Positions 15,495 through 30,221 are shown, counted from the first letter of the stretch. The stretch is 64,000 nucleotides of DNA from Eledone cirrhosa (GCA_964016885.1 OZ024741.1:302188001-302252000), one strand, 5' to 3'. Program-made: numbers and translations. Notes: generated by a model from the sequence alone, not told the origin.

Positions 15495-18400
15495 GCTGTG
15501 TGCAAGAGACTAGATGGGGAGGAGGGGTCTGCTAGAGTCCTTGTAGGAAAAAGCCAGTGCTACAAATTTTTCTGGGTGGGAAATGACGATGGGATGGGTG
15601 GTGTAGGTTATACTATTAGCTGACAAGTGGGTAGATAAAGTAATCTCAGTGTACAGGGTAAATGCAAGAATCATTAAACTCAGACTAGTCCTGAATAAGA
15701 CAATTACCACAATAATATCAGCTTACGCACCCCAATCGGGGCTGCCAGACGAACTTAAGGATAGGTTTTACGAGTCCCCTAATACACACTACTGCTCTAA
15801 CAGACGACAAGGACTTCCTAATCATTGCAGGAGATTTTAACGGACATGTAGGTAAACACTGCGACGGCTTCAATAGAGTACATGGAGGCCATGGAGTTGG
15901 CACAAGGAATGAGGAAGGATTCAGACTTCTAGAATTCTGCGACGCCAATGACATGTCGATATGTAACACAAACTTTAAAAAACCCGACAACCACCTGATC
16001 ACCTATAGATCAGGGGAGCACTCTAGTCAGTTAGATTTTATCCTCATCAGAGGACGTGACAGTATGGACGGTCGTAAACACAAAAGCCTTCCCTAGTGAG
16101 GAATGTACATCCCAACATAGCTTAGTTGTCAGCGACCCTCACGGTCAGAACTAGACGAGCCCTGAAACAGAGGCCCAACCTGGAGAAGAAAGATCTGGAA
16201 GCTGAAAGTCCCCCTCAACCAGTAACAGATTTAAAGATATTTTACTCAACGCCTACGACAGTAAAGAAGAACAGATAGAGACATTTAACGTAGAAGAGAA
16301 CTGGGAGTTCCTAAAAAATAACTTACTAGAGGCGACGGATGAGGTTTGTGGCTGGAGTAAGACCTCAAGCAGGAGGAGAGTGACTTGGGTGGTGGAACAA
16401 TAAGGTAGATGAAGCAGTCAAGGCCAAGAGACAGGCATGGAAAGAATGGAAGAACGGGGGGGAGCAGGGTACATTACATAGAGACCAAGAGGGGAAGCTA
16501 GGCGACAAGTATACTTAGCTAGGAGGGGAAGCAGAGGATAGAAAATTCAAGCATGTTTTACAACGTGAGGACCAGAAACAGGAGGTATTCAAGATTGCGA
16601 GGCAGTGTGTCAGAGATAGTTTGTGATGTCATTGGAGAGAAGTGTATCCGGAATGATAAAGGTGAGCTTGCCCTCACAAGTGCTGAGAAGAAAGATGCAT
16701 GGAAGAGTCATTATGATAGATTACTAAATGAGGAGAATGCATGGGGAAGAAGAGACCCTACCCCACGTAGACCCCTATAGAGGGACCAGCAGTACAAGTC
16801 AGCGGCAGCGTAGTAAGTAAGGCAATCAGAGATATGAAGATAGGGAAGGCAACCGGTCCATCGGGTATAGCTGCCGAGATGCTGAAGGCATCTGGGTCTG
16901 TAGGTCACACTATAACCACACGTATCGTTAACCAGGTAATACTAGAGGGGGCCATACCAAAAGATTGGTGCAGTAGCATCATTGTCAACTGCTACAAAGG
17001 TAAAGGCGATGCACTAGATAGAGGAAACTATAGAGGTATAAAGTTGATGGACCAGGTCATGAAAGTAACAGAAAGAGTTATAGCACAGCTGATTAGGGAC
17101 CGGGTGAATATAGACGAGATGCAATTTGGGTTTTGTACCAGGGAAAGGCACCACTGATGCGCTCTTCCTTGTGAGGCAATTACAGGAAAAGTACCTAGCT
17201 AAAAGTAAGCCACTCTACTTGGCATTTGTCGACCTTGAGAAAGCTTTTGACAGAGTTCCACGTGCAGTAATCTGGTGGGCTCTTAGAAAACTAGGAGTAG
17301 ATGAATGGCTTGTGAAAGCGGTACAAGCCATGTATAGGGGAGCAGTCAGCAAAGTTAGGATTGGCAATGAGTATAGCGAGGAATTTAGCGTACAGGTTGG
17401 GGTCCACCAGGGCTCTGTTCTTAGCCCTCTCCTGTTCATCATAGTCCTGCAGGCAATAACGGAGGAGTTTAAGACCGGATGCCCATGGGAACTCCTGTAT
17501 GCTGATGACCTCGCACTCATAGCTGAATCTATGGTAGAACTAGAGAATAAATTCCAAACCTGGAAGCAGGGACTAGAGAGAAAGGGCCTCAAAGTCAACA
17601 TGACAAAGACTAAGGTCCTTATAAGTAGACGAGAAAACAGAACCCAGATCCCCTCAGGGAAATGGCCTTGCTCAGTATGTAGGAAAGGTGTAGGTAGGAA
17701 CTCCATTCTTTGCCCCAAATGCAAACAATGGGTACACAAGAGATGTAGCGGGATCTCAGGAAGCTTAATTAAGAATGTAGGATTCACATGCAGCAGCTGT
17801 GCTGAAACAGCAAGCAAACAGCCACAGAAACAAGTACCACCAATCTCTGGGAGGGCCCTGTAGAAACAGTAGACAGCTTCTGCTACCTAGGTGACCGAAT
17901 TAGCAACGGAGGTGGGTGCTCAGAAAGTACAATAACTAGGGTAAGAACGGGATGGAAGAAGTTTAGGGAACTACTACCACTGCTAGCTGCAAAAGGCTTC
18001 TCCCTCAGAATGAAAGGCAGACTGTATGATGCGTGTATCCGAACAGCGATGTTGCATGGTAGTGAGACCTGGGCGCTGAAGGTGAAGACTTACGTAGATT
18101 AGAGAGAAACGAAGCCTGCATGCTCCGATGGATGTGTAACAGTAATATACGTGAACGACAAAGCATAAATGAATTGAGAGAGAGACTGAGCATAAGAGGA
18201 ATCAAATGCTGCGTGCAGGAGAGGCGGTTACGCTGGTAATGGACATGTGATGCGTATGAAGGATGACAGCTGCATAAAAAGGTGCAGAGCACTAGAAGTT
18301 GATGGAAACCGCGGAGTGGGGAGACCCAAGATGACTTGGGATGAGGTGATAAAAGCCGACCTTACCCAACTACACCTCTCAAAGTCAATGACACACGACC

Positions 18401-18754
18401 GTGACTTCTGGCGTCACGCAGTAATACAGGGTACCCGACCTCCCATGGGTACATGCTGAAGCATATAAACAATATGCCCCCCCCCACCGCAAGGTGGTCG
18501 TGGAGGTGCCACGGCAAAAAAGCACCCAGCCCACACTGTAAAGTGGACGTGTAGGCGCCACGAAAAAGCACCCAGCACTCACTGTAAATGAGGTTGGTGT
18601 TAGGAAGGGCATCCAGCTGTAGAAATCAAGCCAGATCAGTTCCTGTATGAGCAAGGCATGGTCAGCCGACCAGGCACTGCCCACAACAGGACAACCCGTC
18701 TCACCCATGCTAGCGTGGAAGAACGGACGTAAAACGGTGATGATGATGATGATG

Positions 18755-18756
<2 letters not shown>
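15495..18756 (+). mobile_element. RTE subfamily B copy with many single-base indels
   Basis: Near-identical reverse complement of 60467-63725; APE and RT pieces in shifting frames; (GAT)n tail. Confidence 0.95.
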
Positions 18757-18820
<64 letters not shown>

Positions 18821-18821
18821 G

Positions 18822-18852
<31 letters not shown>

Positions 18853-18927
18853 GTATATATATATGTATATATATATGTATATATATATGTATATGTATAT
18901 ATATATGTATATATATATATGTATATA

Positions 18928-18976
<49 letters not shown>

Positions 18977-19020
18977 GTATATATATATGTGTATTTATAT
19001 ATATATATATATGTATATAT

Positions 19021-19080
<60 letters not shown>

Positions 19081-19665
19081 GTATATATATATGTATATAT
19101 ATATGTATATGTATATATATATGTATATATATATGTATATATATATGTATATATATATGTATATATATGTATATATATATGTATATATATATATGTATAT
19201 ATATATATGTATATATATATATATGTATATATATATATGTATATATATATATGTATATATATGTATATATATATATGTATATATATGTATACATATATAT
19301 GTATATATATATATGTATATATATATATGTATATATATGTATACATATATATGTATATATATGTATACATATATATGTATATATATGTATACATATATAT
19401 GTATATATATATGTATACATATATATGTATATATATATGTATACATATATATGTATATATATATATATATGTATATATATGTATGTATATATATGTATAT
19501 ATATATATGTATATATATGTATATATATATATATGTATATATATATATGTATATATATATATGTATATATATGTATACATATATATGTATATATATATAT
19601 GTATATATATGTATACATATATATGTATATATATATGTATATATATGTATATATATATATGTATA

Positions 19666-19704
<39 letters not shown>

Positions 19705-19718
19705 ACATATATATGTAT

Positions 19719-19778
<60 letters not shown>

Positions 19779-19793
19779 ATGTATATGTATATG

Positions 19794-19844
<51 letters not shown>

Positions 19845-19857
19845 GTATATATATATG

Positions 19858-19902
<45 letters not shown>

Positions 19903-19911
19903 GTATATATG

Positions 19912-19942
<31 letters not shown>

Positions 19943-19943
19943 G

Positions 19944-19976
<33 letters not shown>

Positions 19977-19989
19977 GTATATATATATG

Positions 19990-20038
<49 letters not shown>

Positions 20039-20117
20039 GTATATATATATATGTATATATATATGTATATATATATGTATATATATATATATATGTATAT
20101 ATATATGTATATATATA

Positions 20118-22243
20118 TTGGAATAAATGCTCTGAAATAGCGATATATATGTGAATATAGACATAGAATATTCGAAAATATTCTGTATGTTTATAATAAA
20201 CATTTTGAAGACCTAATCGCTATAGAATAGAATACGTCACGTATTACAATTAGATTCTCGATAAAAGCAAGGGAAGTAATCTACGCGTTTCATTCTTATT
20301 AGAAATCTTCAGGACTACATATCCAGTGCTTTTATCAAGAATGACACAGCTAGAGACTTATAGAATACTTAGCTGTGTACATGAACTGGTTTGAAAGAGC
20401 GGTTGCCGGTCCGGCAGAAATTAGAAATTGGAATAAATGCTCTGAAATAGCGATATATATGTGAATATAGACATAGAATATTCGAAAATATTCTGTATGT
20501 TTATAATAAACATTTTGAAGACCTAATCGCTATAGAATAGAATACGTCACGTATTACAATTAGATTCTCGATAAAAGCAAGGGAAGTAATCTACGCGTTT
20601 CATTCTTATTAGAAATCTTCAGGACTACATATCCAGTGCTTTTATCGAGAATGACACAGCTAGAGACTTATAGAATACTTAGCTGTGTACATGAACTGGT
20701 TTGAAAGAGCGGTTGCCAGTCCGGCAGAAATTAGAAATTGGAATAAATGCTCTGAAATAGCGATATATATGTGAATATAGACATAGAATATTCGAAAATA
20801 TTCTGTATGTTTATAATAAACATTTTGAAGACCTAATCGCTATAGAATAGAATACGTCACGTATTACAATTAGATTCTCGATAAAAGCAAGGGAAGTAAT
20901 CTCTAATTGTAATACGTGACGTATTCTATTCTATAGCGATTAGGTCTTCAAAATGTTTATTATAAACATACAGAATATTTTCGAATATTCTATGTCTATA
21001 TTCACATATATATCGCTATTTCAGAGCATTTATTCCAATTTCTAATTTCTGCCGGACCGGCAACCGCTCTTTCAAACCAGTTCATGTACACAGCTAAGTA
21101 TTCTATAAGTCTCTAGCTGTGTCATTCTCGATAAAAGCACTGGATATGTAGTCCTGAAGATTTCTAATAAGAATGAAACGCGTAGATTACTTCCCTTGCT
21201 TTTATCGAGAATCTAATTGTAATACGTGACGTATTCTATTCTATAGCGATTAGGTCTTCAAAATGTTTATTATAAACATACAGAATATTTTCGAATATTC
21301 TATGTCTATATTCACATATATATCGCTATTTCAGAGCATTTATTCCAATTTCTAATTTCTGCCGGACCGGCAACCGCTCTTTCAAACCAGTTCATGTACA
21401 CAGCTAAGTATTCTATAAGTCTCTAGCTGTGTCATTCTCGATAAAAGCACTGGATATGTAGTCCTGAAGATTTCTAATAAGAATGAAACGCGTAGATTAC
21501 TTCCCTTGCTTTTATCGAGAATCTAATTGTAATACGTGACGTATTCTATTCTATAGCGATTAGGTCTTCAAAATGTTTATTATAAACATACAGAATATTT
21601 TCGAATATTCTATGTCTATATTCACATATATATCGCTATTTCAGAGCATTTATTCCAATTTCTAATTTCTGCCGGACCGGCAACCGCTCTTTCAAACCAG
21701 TTCATGTACACAGCTAAGTATTCTATAAGTCTCTAGCTGTGTCATTCTCGATAAAAGCACTGGATATGTAGTCCTGAAGATTTCTAATAAGAATGAAACG
21801 CGTAGATTACTTCCCTTGCTTTTATCGAGAATCTAATTGTAATACGTGACGTATTCTATTCTATAGCGATTAGGTCTTCAAAATGTTTATTATAAACATA
21901 CAGAATATTTTCGAATATTCTATGTCTATATTCACATATATATCGCTATTTCAGAGCATTTATTCGAATTTCTAATTTCTGCCGGACCGGCAACCGCTCT
22001 TTCAAACCAGTTCATGTACACAGCTAAGTATTCTATAAGTCTCTAGCTGTGTCATTCTCGATAAAAGCACTGGATATGTAGTCCTGAAGATTTCTAATAA
22101 GAATGAAACGCGTAGATTACTTCCCTTGCTTTTATCGAGAATCTAATTGTAATACGTGACGTATTCTATTCTATAGCGATTAGGTCTTCAAAATGTTTAT
22201 TATAAACATACAGAATATTTTCGAATATTCTATGTCTATATTC
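20118..22243. repeat. 310-bp hammerhead-ribozyme tandem array 1 (retrozyme/pLTR-like) with internal inversion at ~20901
   Basis: ~2.5 units with HHR on - (20276-20318, 20586-20628), then ~4.3 units with HHR on + (21148, 21458, 21768, 22078). Confidence 0.95.
21148..21190 (+). ncRNA. Type I hammerhead ribozyme (representative unit of array 1)
   Basis: GTAGTC-CTGAAGA-T TTCT aata AGAA T-GAAA-CGCG-TA^GATTAC; stem I extended by a 16-bp helix ATTCTCGATAAAAGCA/TGCTTTTATCGAGAAT beyond an internal loop. Confidence 0.88.
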
Positions 22244-22316
22244 ATATATATATATATATATGTATATATATATGTATATATATATATATATGTATATATA
22301 TATGTATATGTGTATA

Positions 22317-22387
<71 letters not shown>

Positions 22388-22497
22388 GTATATATGTATA
22401 TGTATGTATATATATATGTATATATGTATATGTATATATATATGTATATATATATGTATATATGTATATATATGTATGTATATATATGTATATGTAT

Positions 22498-22537
<40 letters not shown>

Positions 22538-22544
22538 GTATATG

Positions 22545-22593
<49 letters not shown>

Positions 22594-23116
22594 GTATATA
22601 TATATATGTATATATATATATGTATATGTGTATATGTATATATATGTATATATATGTATATATGTATATGTATATATGTATATGTATATATGTATATGTA
22701 TATGTATATATATATATGTATATATGTATATGTATATGTATATATATATATGTATATATATATATGTATATATGTATATATATATATGTATATATATATA
22801 TGTATATATGTATATATGTATATGTATATATGTATATATGTATATATATATATGTATATATATATATATGTATATGTATATATGTATATATATGTATGTA
22901 TATGTATATGTATATATGTATATGTATATATGTATATGTATATATGTATATATATATATGTATATGTATATATGTATATGTATATATGTATATGTATATA
23001 TGTATATATATATATGTATATATGTATATATGTATATATATATATGTATATATATATATGTATATATATATATGTATATGTATATATATATTTGTATATA
23101 TGTATATATATATGTA

Positions 23117-25493
23117 TTACTCTTTTACTCTTTTACCTGATTCAGCCATCCGGCTGAGGCCATGCTGGGCCACCGCCCTTGTTGCTACACATTTTATCTC
23201 CAGCCTGTATAGGTTGGCCACTGGTGTAAGAGGGAGTTTGTTGCTGCTGCCCTTGGGTTTCCCTCGTTTCTTGCTGTGGGCTCATCCGAGATCCTGGATA
23301 ACAAGGCGTCGAGATGTTTCTTAAAGACATCCACCTCCACGTCATGCAAGTCTCTCAGATGCCTCGGCAGCCCGTTGAAGAGTTGAGGGCCCTTGAATCC
23401 GAGGCTATTGCAATACCTGCTCCTTATTCTAGATGTTGAAGACGGGACCTTTGGCACCACACAGTGACGTCCTGCTCGGCGGTTGGTCCAGCTCCCAATT
23501 CGTATCTCTCCCGTCTTCGCTCCAAGGAGTAGAGGTTCAGTTCCTTTAGCCTCTCCCAGTAGCTTGTCTCCCTCATCTTGGCAATCCTCTTGGTGTAGCT
23601 TCGCTGGATTGCCTCAAGCTCCGTGGTTAGTTTGACACTATGGGGTGACCACAACTGGGAGCAGTAGTCCAGGCGGCTTAGGACAAATGTCTTCCATAGT
23701 GTCAACATGGTGTCTCGATCTCTTGTCCGGAAAGTCCTCAAGATCCAGCCAGCGAGTCGTCTGCACATTGTCGCCATTTTCATGATGTGTGAAGAAAAAG
23801 ATGCATCATCGCTCATGTCTATGCCCAGGTCTCGTATTGATTTTGACACGGGGATATCGGTCCCTCCTGGTCCTGTGTAGTTGTGTTCCACTATATTTGT
23901 GTTTGCAGGTTTGTTTGGAGGTTTGTATTGTAGTGTTTGGAATTTGCCAGCATTAAACTGCATGTTGTTTTCTTCCGCCCATTTGTATATGGCATCCAGA
24001 TCCTGCTGTAAAAGGGCAGCGTCAGCCTGGTTTTTGATTGCCTGTGCTACCTTAGTGTCATCAACATAGCTAGTGAGGGATGTTGTTGTATGTACTACAG
24101 AGGGCATGTCTGAGAGAGCCATAAAAACAGTAGTGGTCCCAGGACTGTCCACTGCGGCACCCCACTTGTTATTGGTGTTTCCTTTGAGAGGGCCCCATTT
24201 GCTGCGACTGCCTGGTTCTGTCCCTTAGGAAGCAATGCAGCCACTCACCTACTTTTCCAGTTATGCCGAGTCCGTGTAGTTTGTGACATATCATTCCGTG
24301 GTCAACCTTGTCAAAGGCCTTCGCAAAGTCAAGATATATCACGTCCACATGTGAGCTGTCTAGTAGTTGTTTCAGTACCCAGTCGTAGTGATGTAGCAGC
24401 TGTGTAAGGCAGCTTCTTCCTGGGCAGAAGCCATGTTGCGTGCTAGTCAGGCGGTCATTTTCCTCGAGGAAAGTGATCAGTTTCTTTCTTTGTGATGACT
24501 AGCTCCATGACCTTACTGATATGCGACGTCGGGGAGACTGGCCTATAATTTTTGGCCTCCGCTCTGCTACCTCCTTTATGGATAGGGAATATTGTGCCTT
24601 CTTTCAGCTCCTTGGGTAGTACACCGCTAGCCAAGGAGCTTCTGAAGAGCATCTTCAGTGGAGTTGCTAAGGCCCGCTTACATATTTTTAAGAGAACTGC
24701 TGGGAATCCATCAGGTCCAGCAGCCGAGTCTATTCTAATTTCATCAATGGCGTACACCACATCCTCCTCCGTCATTTCTATGTGGTTGATGGTGTTGTGG
24801 CATCAAAGAACTCCTCTGGTTTCGTTATTTGCATGTGCCTCAGTGGACATGTGAACACACTTTTGTACTGTTCGTTCAGTATTTCAAATATCTCTTGGGG
24901 GTTTTCGGTTAATGAACCGTCCGTATGGAAGAGTGGCCCAATCTTGCAGTGTACTGAGGCAGTTTCTTTTGCAAATTTAAAGAAGGCCTTAGGGTTTGTT
25001 TTAATGTTTTCTATGGCCCTGTTCTCTTTCTTTGCCCTCTCATTCTCATGGGAAAGCTTGAGTGCAATCTCGGTGCCAAGTAATGCACATTTCAAATAGG
25101 ATTCCTTCTTGTTTTTGTTTTGTTGACTATTTAACTGGTTTGAGAGTTTGGTTCTACGTCTCATAAGGATTTTCCTATCTCTGGGAATAAATTTTTGTGT
25201 CTGTTTGCCTCTTTCTCCGGGACAAACTTTTTGCATATAGTGTGTATCGTTGTCATGAAGTGTTGAAATTGTGTGTTAGTGTCTTGTGTGGCGGTGTTTT
25301 CACTCCATGTTTGCTTCCGGATTTCTCTCTTAATCTTTTTCCAGTTAGCCTTGTAGAAGTCAAGGCTGGATAACGTCCCGGAGCTTCTTGGTGGTTTTGT
25401 CTCTGTTGGTTCTCTTGGACCACATATCATTAGCTCTACTAAGTTATGATCTGAGAGAATTGTTGGTGTCACATTTACATTGTGGATGAGCAC
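23117..25493 (-). mobile_element. CR1-like LINE, 5'-truncated and frameshifted
   Basis: LSDHNLV, AGPDGFP, NYRPVS, QHGF, LDFAKAFDKVDH, YVDD, RDLGI, LDYCSQLWSP, LYSLERRRERY; 8-bp repeat tail (AAAGAGTA)n. Confidence 0.9.
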
Positions 25494-25730
25494 AACAATG
25501 GTTGCGGGACACTACGGCTTAATACGGGATGTTTGTTTACAAACACACCGAGCTTTATAATAATGTTTTGGTGAATCCATACGTACATATATATGTGTGT
25601 TCATGTATGTATATATATATACATACTACTGTACGTCTGTATACATATATGTATGTACGTGTACATACTTATATTTAAGTAACAGCCGTACTAAGAGTGG
25701 GAAATGAAATTTCGTTTCATTTTTTCCGTT

Positions 25731-25731
<1 letters not shown>
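25494..25731 (-). repeat. Unclassified repeat related to 56039-56547
   Basis: Reverse complement AAAAAATGAAACGAAATTTCATTTCCCACTCTTAGTACGG...GTATACAGACGTACAGTAG matches 56045-56150. Confidence 0.75.
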
Positions 25732-25771
<40 letters not shown>

Positions 25772-25970
25772 GTATGTATATATATATATGTATATATGTA
25801 TGTGTATATATATATATGTATATATGTATGTGTATATATATATATGTATATATGTATGTATATATATATATCTGTATATATATATGTATGTATATATATA
25901 TATATGTATATATATATATGTATATATATATGTATATATATATGTATATATATATATGTATATATATATG

Positions 25971-26006
<36 letters not shown>

Positions 26007-29000
26007 TTTCTTTATTTACCATAAAGGCATAAAAAGAAGGGACAAATACAAAGGGGGAGTTTACATACAATCGAGTAAAAAGGGTATAAAATGAAAATAA
26101 TCGAAAATAACCTCAAAAGGGAGGGGACGTGATGGGGGTTGCACACACCCCCGAAAAAGTGTGCAATCCTTTGCCCAGGGAGCACATGGAGAAGGTGCTC
26201 CCCTCTCCTTTACTTCTTTACCTACAGGATGGTATACAGAGAAGGCCCATTTACACGAGCCATTCTCGCCACTATCACCCACCTTTCATAAAACTGCCCG
26301 TGGCCAAGCACCTCTCTCTCCATTCTTATCCTTCTTCCGAAGTGATATCGGAAGAAGTAGACCAGACTATGGCCAGAGAGGAAGTTGCCTGACCTCAGAC
26401 CTTTCAATCGTGTCCACCAAACAACCTTTCAACATGGCTATTACGCACAGAAAAACCGCCTTTGCTTCCTTTGTGAAGAGGGGAGGCGGTTTGATTGTCA
26501 TCACGGACTCGGCGGTCAATTGAATCGGCGCCACCCGCGACAGCAGTCGTTCGGCATAGCCCCACAGATCAGCCACGCCCGGACATTGCACCAATGCGTG
26601 CGCAACGGTTTCTTCGTGACGCACGCATCTAGGGCAAATCTTTTTTGAGGGATCCCTGCCCGGGCGCCCGTGTCTGTAGAGCCTCTCTCGAACGGGTAGA
26701 GCCCCTCGGTAGCACTGCCAGGCCAGTGACTTCTGGAAGTTGTCCATTGGTCCTGGGCCGAAAGTCCTACCGAACAGGCTGGCCAGTTCGTCCTCTTCCA
26801 TGTCCAGCGACTCTCCAAGGGTGTCATCGCCCCTGCTAGCCACCAGCCCTCTATAGAATGATGAGGTGGATTCTCCAACGATGGCCTGGCCTGCTTGCCA
26901 GAGAGCCCTGAGCGCCTGAGCACACTCAGTGTGCCAGTCTCCCAGTTTTCCGGATCTTTGCTTGACCCAGGACTGTAGCTCGGTGAGCGAGACGAGTCTC
27001 GGAAAGGCTCGTTTCACAAACGGAGCCCACACCGGTTGACCAGTGAGGAATACCTGTAGGTGCCGTAGCCTTAATGCGTTCCTACGCATCATAACCACGG
27101 CATCCCCAGCCCTCCTTTCGAAGGTTGTTGGCAGCAGATGGATCTTCTCACCATAGGAGGGCGCTTCTTCCAAAGAAATTGGAAGAGCATGCGTTCCATG
27201 GTGGTGAGTGTTTCTTTAGGGCAAGGCACGACAGTCAGTGACGGACGCTATGTAAATGTTCGCCACCTCCGCCCGGCCTTTTAGGGACAGCTTACACTTG
27301 GCCCATTTCTGGGTTAGTGCAAACACCTTGTTCGTAACCTCGTTCCAGTTCTTTTCCACCTGGAGGTCCGGTCCAAACCAGACCCCAAGCAACTTTACCG
27401 GGCCCTCCGTCCAGTGTCCGACGACACCGTCGGGAGGCATCGGTCTGCCTCTCCACGTTCCGAGTTGCAGCCCGATGGATTTTTCCCGGTTCAGTTTCGC
27501 TCCTGACAACCTTTCGTAATCCTCCAGTAAGGTACCGATCGCCTCGATCTCCGAGTCGGTCGATACCATTACTGTTACGTCATCGGCGTAGGCCGACACT
27601 GCTTTGCTCAATCCTGGTTCCAGGGGGATACCCTGCAACAACTCCAACTTCCTCAGTAAAGGCTCGAGAGTCAATACGTACAGAAGGGAGGAGAGAGGGC
27701 ACCCCTGTCGAATGGATCGTGTGATTTCGAACGGCTTCGAAAGGTAGCCGTTCACCTTGATCCGAGAACAGATGTGGTTGCTATGTAAGGCAGTGATCCA
27801 GCCTCTGAAAACAGGACCGAACCCAGCCGCCGCTAGCACCGCATCCAGGTAACCATGGTCGACCCTATCGAAGGCCTTAGACTGATCCAAGTTGATCAGG
27901 GCCCCACCGAAGCCGGGTTTGTTGCCAACCCTCTCTATGATGTATCGCATGAGGTGGAGGTTATCGTGAATGGACCTGGATGGGATAGCACATGTCTGCG
28001 CATCTCCCACCAGGCCACCCACGACAAGCGCCAACCTCTTTGCTAACACCTTGGCCAAAATCTTTAACTCTGTGTTTAGCAGGGTTACGGGCCGAAAATT
28101 ATTTATACTATCTCCCTTGTTCTCGTCCTTCCTCACCAGCGTGACTATGCCCTTGGCTACAGAACAAGGAATTCTCCCGTTCTGCTGCCAATTGTAGTAG
28201 ACCGCTTCGAGGAGTTCGGAGAAGAAGACCGGCATTGCTAAATAAAGTTTGTAAGGTATACCATCAAGACCTGGAGATTTGCGTCTGCTGCATTGGCTCA
28301 GCGCATCTCCGATCTCATCAGCCGAGATTGGTCCCTCGCAGGACTCTGCCTCTTCGCTCGAGAGACGCGGCAGGCCGTCGAGGTATGGACCGAAATCCAC
28401 GTCCCCGCCCGGACCCTCGCCTCCCCCGAACAATCGGGCAAAGTGCCTTTGAAAGGCCTCGCACATCTGCTTAGGCTCCCGGATCACCCGTCCATCTTCG
28501 TCTTGCAACGACCGGATGGTAGATCGATTTCCACTCTTAGCTTCTGTCACGCGGGCCCAGCCAACGGCTTTGGCCCCCTCATTACCTAGAGCACGTATTT
28601 TACTTCGAATGACGCAGCCTTCGTGCTTTGCATCGAAAAACTGGTTCAAGGCCGTCCTCGATGCCAGCACTCTGGCCACATCTTCGCTCTTGATTGCCTC
28701 TTCTAATTTACCTGTTAATTCTTTCTCGTTTCTATTCCTATCGGCAGCTAACATCTTGCTATAACTTATTGATTCTGTTTTAATCTCTCTTGAGAGATGC
28801 CCACCATCGGTTGTTGACGATTGCACCCGTCAACCTCTCCTTAACTAATCTGCTAATCCGGTTTCTGTAAATCTCTTTTGCCGGTAAAGACAAATTAAGT
28901 TTCCAGTAACCGGGACCCTGTTTATGTGTTTTCTCGAGATTGACTACGCAGGTCACTAATTTGTGATCCGTGTAGCCAACCGTGCGCATTTCTGGACAGC

Positions 29001-29254
29001 TTAATATGTCCCTATCCTTACTTCTAACTAAGAATCTATCTAAGTACGATCTAGATTGACCACTGTGGTTTCTCCAAGTCCAGGTAGGCACAGTTGGAAA
29101 ATCTAGTCGATATCTATCGACCAAGTTAAAACGGTCGAGTAACCCCTTGAGGCTGTTACACCCCCCTCTATTAGGACATGCTCCTGCATAGTCCCAACGT
29201 GCATCTAGGAGGTCATTCCAATCCCCCGCTAGAAGCAGGGAACGCGACGTTCCC
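26007..29254 (-). mobile_element. Tx1/L1-like LINE ORF2, 5'-truncated and frameshifted
   Basis: APE (AGDWND, SYLDRF, TDHKLV, GYWKLN), RT (SPGLDG, NFRPVTLLN, DQSKAFDRV, RQGCPLS, YADD), C-terminal CPRC..EET..H...C knuckle; AATAAA close to the 3' end. Confidence 0.92.
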
Positions 29255-29276
29255 ATATATATATATATATATATAT

Positions 29277-29540
29277 GGATAGGTAAATATACACGGGTGT
29301 GTATGATTGTGTATAGAAGATTATATTAATAAGAGGAATTCCAACTTTGTCTGATTTACTCGTTTTATTTACAATCCTTTAAAATATATAATGGTATTAT
29401 AATGAAATAGTATGATAGAATATTAAATTCTAAGTGTTAATTGAACAAGTACTTTCATGCTTTTGCAATCTTCAGGTTCATAATATGTGGTGACAGTCAA
29501 GTTTGCAATTTTCAACTGTGAAAATTGCAAACTTGACTGT
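29277..29540 (-). mobile_element. Penelope pLTR-like fragment with HHR and terminal 22-bp fold-back
   Basis: HHR at 29442-29480; perfect 22-bp inverted repeat at 29493-29540; TA repeats on both sides. Confidence 0.6.
29442..29480 (-). ncRNA. Type I minimal hammerhead ribozyme
   Basis: Minus strand reads TGAAC-CTGAAGA-T TGC aaaa GCA T-GAAA-GTAC-TT^GTTCA; palindromic stem III. Confidence 0.75.
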
Positions 29541-29550
29541 ATATATATGT

Positions 29551-30161
29551 GTGTCAGGTCACCAGTTGGTGCTACTGGTAACATGTATCCCAGTACAACC
29601 TGTCTCATGGTCGGGTCGTTGGCGACTAAACTGGCAACCCCACCAAGGTTTCTTGGTGAGGAGGGTGACTTTGGACATCCTACAGGACTAAAAACAAAAC
29701 CTGTCAAAAGGGCAAAGGAGCTCTTAAGAGTCAATGGCCATCTAAAATCACCGGGAGAGATGACCCCTTAGCCTTTGTCAAGGCAGAATTCTAGGAGAAG
29801 GAAAACTCTGATATAACACCTGCAACCCTGATGGTATCCAATGATGTTGACTTGTTCTTCTTTTTGGTAAATATCATCTTGGTTAAGAGAGTGGGACTGG
29901 CTTTGTGCATTGCCTTTGCTCACTATAAAAGCTTCACGGCACAGGCATTGCTTTATATCTGGAGATCTCTCTGCACTTGTCATCACGTGGTACCATGGGC
30001 CCAACACTATGTGTCAATAATTGTCACAAGTGTAGTGATTGTGCCAGTTTTCAAGTCGCTGGCTGGACTAAAAAGTCACACTCGTTCAGCGCATCGGTAG
30101 GGGTTCTCCTACATGGATATAAAGTAGTGGCCGTACTCGAAAACGAGTTGGCAGCCACCAT
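29551..30161 (+). mobile_element. Non-autonomous bipartite RTE/BovB-derived element (~610 bp)
   Basis: 5' part has GGAGAAGGAAAACTCTGA (resembles a BovB-type 5'UTR motif; from memory); 3' part encodes a C2H2-like ORF end (CHKC...FKSLAGLKSHTRSAHR*) and ends in hairpin ACTCG aaaa CGAGT; three copies in the window. Confidence 0.65.
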
Positions 30162-30221
30162 GTATATATATATGTATGTATATATATATATGTATATATA
30201 TATATGTATGTATATATATAT

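Noticed and set aside
15495-18460. Old decayed RTE pseudogene or programmed frameshifting
   Set aside because: Nearly identical to the intact 60.8-63.9 kb copy apart from single-base indels, mostly in homopolymers next to an assembly gap; probably consensus errors.
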